64,000 nucleotides of DNA. Source: Burkholderiales bacterium (GTDB taxonomy: Bacteria; Pseudomonadota; Gammaproteobacteria; Burkholderiales; SG8-39). Shown in pieces: positions 1 to 8,278 of this stretch. A program made the position numbers and the translations under genes. The notes under the pieces were generated by a model. It was not told where the DNA came from and searched no databases. It saw only the letters and a program-made list of their open reading frames with translations. Where the stretch lies: contig CBDIHI010000009.1 in the NCBI GenBank assembly GCA_965279075.1, positions 217,275 to 281,274 on the forward strand, in the 5' to 3' direction. Numbering within the stretch: the stretch's first letter is position 1; every line of letters begins with the position of its first letter.

Positions 1-490
1 CACGCACCACATGGCGGCGGAACTCTTCAAGACCATGACCGGCACTTTCATCACCCATATCCCGTATCGCGGCGCCGGCCCGATGATGCTCGACCTGCTC
101 GCCGGCCAGGTCGACCTGGCGTTCGATGGCATGGGGACCTCGTCCTCGCAGATCAAGGGCGGCAAGCTGCGCGGCCTGGCCGTGACCAGCGCGCAACGCA
201 ACCCGGTCCTGCCCGATGTGCCGACGGTGATCGAGGCCGGGGTGCCGGGCTACGAAGTGCGCACCTGGTACGGCATCTGGGTGCTGAAGGGCACGCCGGC
301 GGACATCAAGAACAAGCTGTATGCGGAAACGGTGAAGGCCATGGACCACCCCGACCTGAAGAAGATCTGGGCGGACCAGGGCGCCACGGCGGGCGGCATG
401 CCGCCTGCGGAAATGGAAAAGCTCGTGCGCACCGAAATCGTGAAGTGGGCCAAGGTAGTCAAGGACGCAGGCGCCAAGGTGGACAACTGA
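1..490 (+). CDS. Bug/TctC-family periplasmic solute receptor (tripartite tricarboxylate transporter type), C-terminal part; 5' end lies outside the window
   Basis: The ORF is open to the window edge. The translation ([25 protein letters not shown]...[25 protein letters not shown]) matches the conserved C-terminal half of Bug/TctC receptors. Confidence 0.8.
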   Translation, partial: THHMAAELFKTMTGTFITHIPYRGAGPMMLDLLAGQVDLAFDGMGTSSSQIKGGKLRGLAVTSAQRNPVLPDVPTVIEAGVPGYEVRTWYGIWVLKGTPADIKNKLYAETVKAMDHPDLKKIWADQGATAGGMPPAEMEKLVRTEIVKWAKVVKDAGAKVDN

Positions 491-514
491 TCGCAGCCTT
501 GCCTGCGCCGCGCG

Positions 515-550
515 AAAAGAGGCCGCCGAACTTCGCGGCCTTTTTTCTTC
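515..550 (+). terminator. Rho-independent terminator after the Bug-family gene
   Basis: AAAAGAGGCCGC-CGAACTTC-GCGGCCTTTTTTCTT: GC stem at 521-526/535-540 followed by a T6 run, 25 nt after the stop codon. Confidence 0.65.
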
Positions 551-557
551 CCGTCCG

Positions 558-1277
558 GTGACGCGGGCGGACTCCCCGGGACGCGGGGCTTACTTCCAGG
601 GACTGCGGCACGCTACTGGCGTCCCGGCCCTGGTCCTCGCCGCCGGATACATCGGCTTCGGGGCACTCGCCGCGGGGCACGGCCTCTCGCTCGCGGGCAC
701 GCTGCTCTCCACCCTCTTGATCTGGGCGCTGCCCGGGCAGTTGATCCTCGTCGAGATGCACACGCTGGGTGCTCCATTCTTCGCGGTGTTGCTGACGGCG
801 GTCTTGTCGGCGACCCGGTTCCTGCCGATGACCGTGATCCTGATGCCGCTGCTGCGAGAGGCGAGGAGCAGCAACGGCTACTACTACGCGGCGGCGCACT
901 TCGTCTCAATGTCGGGATGGGCCTGGGCGATGGCACGCTTTCCGGCCATGCCTGCGGAGCGCAGGCTGGGCTATTTCCTCGGGTTCACCAGCGTGCTGAT
1001 GGCCTCGGCTTGCACGTCCACCCTGCTCGGCTACCTCGCCGGCGACCTGCTGCCGCCGATGGCTAAGCTCGCCTTCGTATTCATGAGTCCGATGTACTTC
1101 CTGCTGCTGCTCGCCGGCGGGCCGAACGATGCGCGCGGTTACCTTGCGATCGTGCTCGGCGCGATCGCCGGACCGCTGCTGCACCTCGTCGCACCGCAGT
1201 GGAGCGTGCTGGCCGCCGGGTTCGTCGGCGGTACCCTCGCCTACGCCGCCCGGCGGGCCTGGCGCACCCGCCGATGA
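558..1277 (+). CDS. azlC: AzlC-family branched-chain amino acid exporter, large subunit
   Basis: 239-aa polytopic membrane protein with an AzlC-like sequence. Its stop overlaps the next start (ATGA), the classic azlC-azlD pairing. The GTG start at 558 is uncertain. Confidence 0.75.
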   Translation: MTRADSPGRGAYFQGLRHATGVPALVLAAGYIGFGALAAGHGLSLAGTLLSTLLIWALPGQLILVEMHTLGAPFFAVLLTAVLSATRFLPMTVILMPLLREARSSNGYYYAAAHFVSMSGWAWAMARFPAMPAERRLGYFLGFTSVLMASACTSTLLGYLAGDLLPPMAKLAFVFMSPMYFLLLLAGGPNDARGYLAIVLGAIAGPLLHLVAPQWSVLAAGFVGGTLAYAARRAWRTRR

Positions 1278-1600
1278 CCGAATTCACGCTGCTGTCGATC
1301 GCCTGCGGACTCGGGACCTACCTCTGGCGAGGCCTGGGTGTCGCGATCTCCGCGCGCATCCGGCCCGAGAGCGAACTGTTCGCATGGATCGGCTGCGTTG
1401 CGTACGCGATGCTCGCCGGCCTCATCAGCCGCGTGATCCTGATGCCCTCGGGCGCGCTCGAGCATACGGCACTGTGGCAGCGGCTGGCGGCCACGGGGAT
1501 CGCGCTGCTCGCCTACCTGCTGCTGACGAGGAAGAACCTCTTTGCCGGAGTCATGGCCAGCGCGGCGGCCATGTACGCGATCCTGCTGTTGTCGACCTAG
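1274..1600 (+). CDS. azlD: AzlD-family branched-chain amino acid transport protein, small subunit
   Basis: 108-aa hydrophobic protein. Its ATG at 1274 overlaps the azlC TGA (ATGA). The longer 1199 start gives an Arg-rich, non-protein-like extension. Confidence 0.75.
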   Translation: MTEFTLLSIACGLGTYLWRGLGVAISARIRPESELFAWIGCVAYAMLAGLISRVILMPSGALEHTALWQRLAATGIALLAYLLLTRKNLFAGVMASAAAMYAILLLST

Positions 1601-1675
1601 ATGCGGTCGACCTGGATGCGGTCGACCTGGATGCGGTCGACCTGGATGCGGTCGGCCTGGATGCGGTCGGCCTAG
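1586..1675. repeat. 15-bp tandem repeat, 6 units (consensus ATGCGGTCGACCTGG)
   Basis: Five full units occupy 1601-1675; the last two carry GTCGGCC. A degenerate unit 0 (1586-1600, 11/15 identity) forms the azlD 3' end. The array fills the whole azlD/CoA-transferase intergenic gap. Confidence 0.95.
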
Positions 1676-2895
1676 AGGATCCCGCCGGAGCGCAGCGCCG
1701 CGATCTCGGCTTCGTTCTTGCCCAGCAGCGCTTTGAGGATTTCTTCGGTGTGCTGGCCGACGAGCGGCGGCGGCAGCTTGTACTCCACCGGCGTGGCCGA
1801 GAAGCGCATCGGGCTGGCCACCGTCGAGAGCGTGCCCGCCACGGGGTGGTCCATCTCGACGCGGATGCCGCGCGCCTTCACCTGCGGTTCCTCGTACACC
1901 TGCGCCAGAGTGTTGATCGGCCCGTTGGGCACGCCTGCGGCCTCCAGCACTTCGACCCACTCGCGCGTGGTGCGCTTCGAGAAGACCTCCTGCAGCAGGC
2001 GGGTCAGTTCGACGCGGTTCTCGACGCGCTTGCCGTTGGCGGCAAAGCGCGGATCGTCGACGTACTGCGGGCACCCGGCCGCGTCGCAGAACTTGCGGTA
2101 CAGGTTGTCGTTGCCGCAGGCGAGGATCACGTCGCCATCGGACGTCTTGAACGGCTGGTAGGGCACGATGTTCGGGTGCAGGTTGCCGATGCGCTTCGGC
2201 GGCACGCCGGTCGAGAAGTAGTTGGTGTTCTGGTAGGCGAGCAGCGCGATCTGGGAGTCGAGCAGGGCGAGGTCGAGGTGCTGGCCGACGCCGGTCTCGG
2301 CGCGATGCGCGAGGGCCGCGCAGATCGCGATCGACGCGTACATTCCGGTGATGATGTCCGCCACCGGCACACCCGCGCGCTGCGGCCCGCCGCCCGGCGC
2401 GCCGTCGGGCTCGCCCGTGACGCTCATCATGCCGCCCATGCCCTGCACCATGAAGTCGTAGCCCGGGTGTTCGCGGTACGGCCCGGTCTGGCCAAAGCCG
2501 GTGACCGAGCAGTAGATCAGGCGCGGGTTCACGGCCTTGAGGTCCTCGTAGCCGAGGCCGTAGCGCGCAAGGTCACCGAACTTGTAGTTTTCGATCAGCA
2601 CGTCGCTGACCTTCGCCAGTTCCCGGACGATGGCCTGGCCCTCGGGCTTGGAGAGGTTCAAGGAAACCGACTTCTTGCCGCGGTTCGCGGCGGTGAAATA
2701 CGCCGAGTCACGCGTCTCCTTGCCGTCCTTGTCCTTGACCCAGGGCGGGCCGAACGCACGCGAGTCGTCGCCGATCTTCGGCCGCTCGACCTTGATGACT
2801 TCCGCGCCGAGGTCGGCCATGTTCTGCCCGGCCCAGGGCCCGGCGAGCACGCGGGACAGGTCGAGTACGCGGATATGGGAAAGGGGTCCGGCCAT
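1672..2895 (-). CDS. Family III CoA-transferase (CaiB/BaiF type)
   Basis: 407 aa. The N-terminus HIRVLDLSRVLAGPWAGQNMADLGAEVIKVERP is the hallmark of CaiB/BaiF/formyl-CoA-transferase family members. Confidence 0.85.
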   Translation of the reverse strand: MAGPLSHIRVLDLSRVLAGPWAGQNMADLGAEVIKVERPKIGDDSRAFGPPWVKDKDGKETRDSAYFTAANRGKKSVSLNLSKPEGQAIVRELAKVSDVLIENYKFGDLARYGLGYEDLKAVNPRLIYCSVTGFGQTGPYREHPGYDFMVQGMGGMMSVTGEPDGAPGGGPQRAGVPVADIITGMYASIAICAALAHRAETGVGQHLDLALLDSQIALLAYQNTNYFSTGVPPKRIGNLHPNIVPYQPFKTSDGDVILACGNDNLYRKFCDAAGCPQYVDDPRFAANGKRVENRVELTRLLQEVFSKRTTREWVEVLEAAGVPNGPINTLAQVYEEPQVKARGIRVEMDHPVAGTLSTVASPMRFSATPVEYKLPPPLVGQHTEEILKALLGKNEAEIAALRSGGIL

Positions 2896-2971
2896 GGGAT
2901 ACGAGTCCTTGCTTTGTTCTGGTCAGGCCGGGATTATCCGCGAAATCCGCCGCGCGGGGCCGCGGACGGGC

Positions 2972-4258
2972 TCAGGATTTCGCGCTCGCCGGCGGCCTGG
3001 CGCGCAGCAGGTTGCGAACCTGGCGGGAGGCAGCGATCTCGCCGTTGTGGGCGAAGTCCTCGTGGTTCTTCTCGATGTCGTCGAGGTCGTACAGGTAGTT
3101 GACCATGAACCCCGCCGCCTCGCGCAGGCCCTTGGGGGAGACATCCCCGAGCCAGTTGACACGCTCAAGCCGCGCCCCGTTGTTCAGGTGGAAGCGGGAC
3201 ACCGGGTCACGCGGCTTGCCGGACGAATGCTTGGCCGAAAGCAGGTAAGCCCCGATCGCGCGCATGAGCGCCGGCTGCACTGCCTTGCAGGCCTCGGGGG
3301 AGCGGTGCCAATCCGGCTGCGCCAACGCCTTGAGGGAATCGACCTCCGCAGCGACGAGGGCGGACTTCGCATCGCGCTGCAGCCACTGCCCGAATCCCGG
3401 GACCGGCGACAACGTGACGAAGGTCTTGAGGTGGGGCAGGTCGCGCCGCAGCTCGTCGACCACCTGCTTGATGAGGAAATTCCCGAACGAGACGCCCTGC
3501 AGGCCCGCCTGGCAGTTGGAGATTGAATAGAAGACCGCAGTGGTCGCGCGCTCCGGATCGATCGGTGAACGCGACGAGGCAAGCAGCGGCGCGATTGCCT
3601 CCGGGATGCCGCGGGTAAGGGCCACCTCGACGAAGATCAGCGGCTCGTCCGCCAGCGCCGGGTGGAAGAAGGCGAAGCACTTGCGGTCGGGTGGGTCGAG
3701 CCGCGCCCGCAGCTCGGTCCACCCGTTGATCTCGTGCACGGCCTCGTACTGGATGATCTTTTCGAGGATCGCCGCGGGCGTCGACCAGTCGATGTGGCGC
3801 ACGACGAGGAAGCCCCGGTTGAACCAGGACACGAACAGGTGCCGGAAGTCCGCGTCGATGAGCTTCAGTTCCGGGTGCCGGGCAAGGTTCTCCAGCACGT
3901 CCTCGCGCATCCGCACCAGCACGGCGGTCCCGCCCGGGGCCAGGTTCAGCCGTCGCAGGAACTCCTGCAGTCGAGGCTCAGCGGCCTCGTGAAGCTGGCG
4001 TGCGAGGTCCGGGCCGGGGTCGGCGACATACTTGCGGATCGCCTGGTCGATCTTCTTCGGGTCCGGGCCGAAACGCTGCGCCAGCAACTGCAGGAACTGC
4101 AACTTCACTTCAGGCGTCGCGGCGGCGTATGCGCCCAGCACCTCACGCGCAAGCGCGACGCCGGACGCCTCGCCACGCTCCGAAAGCAGGGCTTCCGCCA
4201 GCGCGCCGAGCTCGTCCTTGCGTGAGGAAAACAGGGTGCGCAGGAATCGCGGGGCCAT
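2972..4258 (-). CDS. Malonyl-CoA decarboxylase
   Basis: 428 aa. The C-terminal region (SPVPGF...FHLNNGARLERVNWLGDVSPKGLREAAGFMVNYLY) is characteristic of the MCD family. Confidence 0.8.
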   Translation of the reverse strand: MAPRFLRTLFSSRKDELGALAEALLSERGEASGVALAREVLGAYAAATPEVKLQFLQLLAQRFGPDPKKIDQAIRKYVADPGPDLARQLHEAAEPRLQEFLRRLNLAPGGTAVLVRMREDVLENLARHPELKLIDADFRHLFVSWFNRGFLVVRHIDWSTPAAILEKIIQYEAVHEINGWTELRARLDPPDRKCFAFFHPALADEPLIFVEVALTRGIPEAIAPLLASSRSPIDPERATTAVFYSISNCQAGLQGVSFGNFLIKQVVDELRRDLPHLKTFVTLSPVPGFGQWLQRDAKSALVAAEVDSLKALAQPDWHRSPEACKAVQPALMRAIGAYLLSAKHSSGKPRDPVSRFHLNNGARLERVNWLGDVSPKGLREAAGFMVNYLYDLDDIEKNHEDFAHNGEIAASRQVRNLLRARPPASAKS

Positions 4259-4309
4259 CCCGCTAATCTACCTCAGCCTCGCGCGGAATGCGCCGGTCCG
4301 GCGCGGACT

Positions 4310-4771
4310 TTATTTGACCTTGAGGTCGTTCTGCACCTGCCGGACGCCCGATACGGCCCCCGCGATCTTGCCTGCGGTCTCGGCCTGCGCCTTGCCGTCG
4401 ACGAAGCCGGACAGTTGCACCCGGCCCTCGTAGGTCTCCACCGAGATCGCGGTCGAAGGAATGCCCTTGGCGATGAGGAGCTCGCCTTTCACCTTGGTGG
4501 TGATGACGCTGTCGGCAGCGACCCGCTTGTCGTTGTCCTGCATCGCCTTCAGGTACTCCGCCTCGGAAAGCTTGCCGTCCTTGTTCGCGTCGAATTTCGC
4601 GAATCGCTTGGCGAGTTCCTTCTCCCCGGCCGCTTCGTCGCGGCCGATCCCGCCGTCCGAATTCTTGTCGAGGGCTGCGAAGGCCTGGTTCTTCTCGTCC
4701 TTGGCAATGGCCGGCTGGGCGGTCATCGCACACACGGAAAGCACTGCCAGGACTGCGAGGGTTGCGCGCAT
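4310..4771 (-). CDS. Secreted EF-hand pair + BON domain protein
   Basis: ATG at 4771 is preceded by AAGGAG. Signal peptide MRATLAVLAVLSVCAMTAQPAIA. Two canonical EF loops (DKNSDGGIGRDE, DANKDGKLSEAE). C-terminal BON-like segment (VKGELL...VETYEGRVQLSGFVD...VRQVQNDLKV). Confidence 0.75.
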   Translation of the reverse strand: MRATLAVLAVLSVCAMTAQPAIAKDEKNQAFAALDKNSDGGIGRDEAAGEKELAKRFAKFDANKDGKLSEAEYLKAMQDNDKRVAADSVITTKVKGELLIAKGIPSTAISVETYEGRVQLSGFVDGKAQAETAGKIAGAVSGVRQVQNDLKVK

Positions 4772-4883
4772 GTCGATCTCCTTGGTACTTGTATCAGCGA
4801 GATTGAAGCCTATGGCCTGGCCCGCCGGCGCGGTAAGGAAAGAATTCACGCCGGTAACGGGCGAAACTGTCGCCGCAGCCCGA

Positions 4884-5642
4884 CTACAGGTGGTACCAAT
4901 GCAGCACGCGGCGCTCGATCGCAAGGAAGCCGCGGTTCAACCCGTAGCCGAGCGCGGCAAGCAGGAAGATCGCGGCATACATGTCGCCCGCCCGCATGGC
5001 GTATTGCATTGTCATGATGTAGTAGCCGATACCGGACGAGCCGGCGATCATCTCTGCGACCACGGTGACGATCAGCGCGAGGGCAAGGCTCACGCGCATG
5101 CCGGCGAGGATGTAGGGCATGCTCGCCGGCAACACCACGCGCAACGCCGTGCGCATCCTGCCGACGCGAAAAGTGCGGGCGGCGTCGAGGGTCACGTGGT
5201 CCACCGCGCGCACGCCGGCGATCGTATTGACGAGCACCGGGAAGAAAGCAGAAAACGCCACAATGAAGATCTTCATGGCGTCGTCCACCCCCAGCAACAG
5301 GATGAGCGGCGGGATGATCGCGGGGACCGGGATCGGACGCAGCAATTCGACCATCGGTTCCAGCGCGGCGTGCACTACACGCACGCTGGCCATGAGCAAC
5401 CCGATGACAAGGGCCGCGCCCACGCCGAGCGCATAGCCCGAAAGCATGCGATAGAGGCTCGAACCGAACACTTCGGGGAGTTCGCCGGAGGCGAGTCCGG
5501 CAACAAGCGCCCGGGCGATCTGCGTGACCGGCGGCCAGTTGGGGCTCGTCACCCAGTAGTACGCCGAGTACTGCCACAGGCCCAGGAGCAGCACGATCAG
5601 GAAGGCGCCGCTCGCCCGCGTGCCTGAGAGCCGCCCGAGCAC
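4884..5642 (-). CDS. ABC transporter permease (NitT/TauT family), second permease of the operon
   Basis: Binding-protein-dependent permease signature with the EAA-type loop (LDAARTFRVGRMRTALRVVLPASMPYILAGMRV). The GTG at 5642 sits just after the upstream stop. The part of the ORF upstream of 5642 overlaps the amidohydrolase gene and looks non-coding. Confidence 0.8.
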   Translation of the reverse strand: MLGRLSGTRASGAFLIVLLLGLWQYSAYYWVTSPNWPPVTQIARALVAGLASGELPEVFGSSLYRMLSGYALGVGAALVIGLLMASVRVVHAALEPMVELLRPIPVPAIIPPLILLLGVDDAMKIFIVAFSAFFPVLVNTIAGVRAVDHVTLDAARTFRVGRMRTALRVVLPASMPYILAGMRVSLALALIVTVVAEMIAGSSGIGYYIMTMQYAMRAGDMYAAIFLLAALGYGLNRGFLAIERRVLHWYHL

Positions 5643-5643
5643 G

Positions 5644-7269
5644 TCAGCCGCCGTGCACCAGCGCGCCGCCGACTGCGGTAGCCTGCACGCCCGCCTCGCG
5701 CAGCGCCTCCGCGTCGCACTCGACCGGATCGACCGACAGTGCCGTCCAGTCGCCGAGCAGGCCCGGGCGCAGCACCCCGCGCTCGTGCTCACTGAAGCTG
5801 ACGTAGGCGGCGTCGCGCGTGTACATCGCGAGGGCTTCAGCGCCGCTCACCGCCTGCTCGCGCCCCAACGGCTCCTCCGCGCCCGCGATGTGCCGGGTGC
5901 GCGCCTGCCACAGGCCAAGGAGAGGCGGGAAGGGCGTGATCGGTGAATCGGAGCCGCCGCCAACCGTCACGCCACCGTCCAACCAGCCGCGCACCGGTGT
6001 CGCCATCGACATCAGCACGGCGCCGAAACGCTTCAGCAGCACCGGGCCGAACGAATACTGCATAGAGGGCTGGGTTGCGACCACGACCCCGAGCCTCGCG
6101 GCGCGCGCGATGTTCTCCCGGCTCGGCCAGAGATAGGCGTGGATGAGGCAGAAGCGCAGGCCTCGAATCGGATGTTCACGGTCGATCTCGGCGAACACCT
6201 CGAGTGCGATGTCGATCGCCTTGCCGCCGACGACGTGCACACCCATCGACCAGCCCCGTTGCGCGCAGAGGCGGGCGATCCGCCGGAACGATTCGGTGGG
6301 CGTCACCTGGATCCCGCAGTTGCATTTTTCGTCGGGGAAAGGCTCTCGCATCAGCGCAGTGCCGAACGTTGCCGCGCCGTCGAAGAAGACTTTTACCCCC
6401 CCCAGCTTCAGGCGGGCGTCGCCGAATCCGGTTCGCGCCGGGCTCGAAGCAATCCCGTCGAGCACGTCCTCGAGAGGGCGGCTCGAATCCGCAAGCGGCA
6501 TGACTACCGACCGCATGCTGAGTTCGCCCGCCGACCAAAGCGCCTGGTAGATGCCGATGACCTCGGGAGTGAGGCCCGGGTCCATGATCCCGGTCAGGCC
6601 GGCGGCATGGTAGAGCTTCTGCACTTCGCGCAGCGACTGCCGCTGGTCTGCCTCGGAGGACGCCGGCACGTGGCGCCCGACGAGCTCGAACGCGGGAGGC
6701 TCGAGAAGCACGCCATTCGGCTCCCCGGAGGCATCGCGCTCGATTCTTCCGCCCTCAGGATCAGGTGTGCCGCGCGTGACTCCCGCACGTGCGAGTGCGA
6801 GGGAATTCACTGCGGCGGAATGACCGCCGCGGGGCAGGTATACGGGCCGGTCCGCACAAGCGCCATCGAGCTCCTCGCGGGTCGGGTGCCGGCCTTCCTG
6901 GAGGTTGGATACGTGCCATCCAGTCCCGCACACGATCCATTCCGCCTCCGGATTGCGCCCGGCATAGGCGCGAACCTCCGCAAGGATCCCGGCGATGCTT
7001 TTGCACCGGGTGAGGTCGACGAGACGCTGCTGCATCCCCGTCCAGAACATGTGGTTGTGCGTGTCGATGAGGCCAGGCACGATCGCGCCGCCGTCAAACC
7101 CGATTTCGCGCGCGGCGGGGCCTGCGGCCGCGCGCGCCTCGGCCACGCTGCCGACCGCGACGATGCGCCCGGCGCGGATGGCCATCGCTTCCGCGCGCGG
7201 GCGTTTCGGGTCCATCGTAACGATGTTCCCGCGCACCAGCTGGTCCCCGCCGGAGGCAGGTGCCGTCAC
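5644..7269 (-). CDS. Amidohydrolase-3 (YtcJ-like) metal-dependent hydrolase
   Basis: 541 aa. N-terminal VPGLIDTHNHMFWTG metal-binding motif with a C-terminal GSDSP region. The GTG start overlaps the SBP stop (GTGA). Confidence 0.8.
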   Translation of the reverse strand: MTAPASGGDQLVRGNIVTMDPKRPRAEAMAIRAGRIVAVGSVAEARAAAGPAAREIGFDGGAIVPGLIDTHNHMFWTGMQQRLVDLTRCKSIAGILAEVRAYAGRNPEAEWIVCGTGWHVSNLQEGRHPTREELDGACADRPVYLPRGGHSAAVNSLALARAGVTRGTPDPEGGRIERDASGEPNGVLLEPPAFELVGRHVPASSEADQRQSLREVQKLYHAAGLTGIMDPGLTPEVIGIYQALWSAGELSMRSVVMPLADSSRPLEDVLDGIASSPARTGFGDARLKLGGVKVFFDGAATFGTALMREPFPDEKCNCGIQVTPTESFRRIARLCAQRGWSMGVHVVGGKAIDIALEVFAEIDREHPIRGLRFCLIHAYLWPSRENIARAARLGVVVATQPSMQYSFGPVLLKRFGAVLMSMATPVRGWLDGGVTVGGGSDSPITPFPPLLGLWQARTRHIAGAEEPLGREQAVSGAEALAMYTRDAAYVSFSEHERGVLRPGLLGDWTALSVDPVECDAEALREAGVQATAVGGALVHGG

Positions 7270-8243
7270 TTCGGGACCTGGGTCGCCGTCGTGTAGAACA
7301 GGGCTTTCGAATCGAACGGCCCTTCGATCATCTTATGCTTGCGCATCAGCTCGACCACGAGGTCGACGCGTGCCGGATCGACGGTTTTCTCGAAGAGTGG
7401 CAGGTTGAGGTCCTTCAGCATCTCCGGCCTCATCCTCGTATAGCCGGAGATGATCTTGAGCCACTCCTCGGATCCCTTGTTCTGGTTGATCCAGTCGACA
7501 CCCTTGTTGTAACCGCGCGTGAAGCGCTCGGCGACACCAGGGTTCGCCTTCATGTAGCTGCTCGTCATCGCATACATTCCCACCGGGATGTTCTTTTGCA
7601 CGGCGTTGTAGGGCCAGCCGATCACCTGCGCGGCGCCGGAACTGACCCCCCCGGAGAGGAAGGGCTCGACGACGAAGGCCGCGTCGACGCGGTCGCCGCG
7701 CAGCGCGTCGGTCATCTGCGGGAACGGCACCTCGAGGTAGGTGACCTTGTCCGGGTCACCGCCGGTCGCCTGCACCCAGGCGCGCGCGTAAAGCCAGATT
7801 ATGTTGTTGCGGGTGTTCACCGCGATGCGTTTTCCCTCCAGGTCCTTGCCGGTCTTGAATGCGCTGCCGGGCTTGGCCATCATCGCCGCCAGGTCGGGCG
7901 TCGTCCCCGAGGTACCGCTGCCGGCGGCGATGACCTCGAAACCGAGGCCCTGCTTTGCACCGAGCACGATCGAAATGATGTTGCTGAAGGTGACTTGCAC
8001 CTGACCTGCTGCCAGCGCAGGCAGGCCGGCCGCGCCGCCGGCGGTCGGGGTCGTGTCTACCTCCAGGCCCTGCTCGGCGAAAAATCCCTTGGCGATCGCC
8101 GCCTGCATCGGCGCAGTGTCGATGATCGGGATCGTGCTGACGCGCAGCTTGAGTGTCTGGGCATTCACCGCAGGCGTGGCAAGCACCAGCGCCGCTGCCC
8201 CGAGTGTCGCAAGGTGAAGGACTCTCCGGATCGAAAGCATCAT
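7266..8243 (-). CDS. ABC transporter periplasmic substrate-binding protein (NMT1/THI5-like, NitT/TauT family)
   Basis: 325 aa with signal peptide (ATLGAAALVLATPAVNAQT). Resembles aliphatic sulfonate / nitrate / HMP-type binding proteins. Confidence 0.8.
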   Translation of the reverse strand: MMLSIRRVLHLATLGAAALVLATPAVNAQTLKLRVSTIPIIDTAPMQAAIAKGFFAEQGLEVDTTPTAGGAAGLPALAAGQVQVTFSNIISIVLGAKQGLGFEVIAAGSGTSGTTPDLAAMMAKPGSAFKTGKDLEGKRIAVNTRNNIIWLYARAWVQATGGDPDKVTYLEVPFPQMTDALRGDRVDAAFVVEPFLSGGVSSGAAQVIGWPYNAVQKNIPVGMYAMTSSYMKANPGVAERFTRGYNKGVDWINQNKGSEEWLKIISGYTRMRPEMLKDLNLPLFEKTVDPARVDLVVELMRKHKMIEGPFDSKALFYTTATQVPK

Positions 8244-8278
8244 GGTGGATCTCTCCTTGGGTTGATTCAGGTTGGATT

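Noticed and set aside
1586-1675. Tandem repeat considered as a CRISPR array
   Set aside because: The units are contiguous with no spacers, only 15 bp long, and not palindromic in a CRISPR-like way. No cas genes are present in the window.
1129-3102. 657-aa plus-strand ORF spanning azlD, the tandem repeat and the antisense of the CoA-transferase
   Set aside because: Its composition is dominated by Arg/Ala/Gly/Asp/His runs with no recognisable motifs. It lies antisense to a strongly family-like CaiB frame. Stop-free off-frames of this kind are expected at this GC content.
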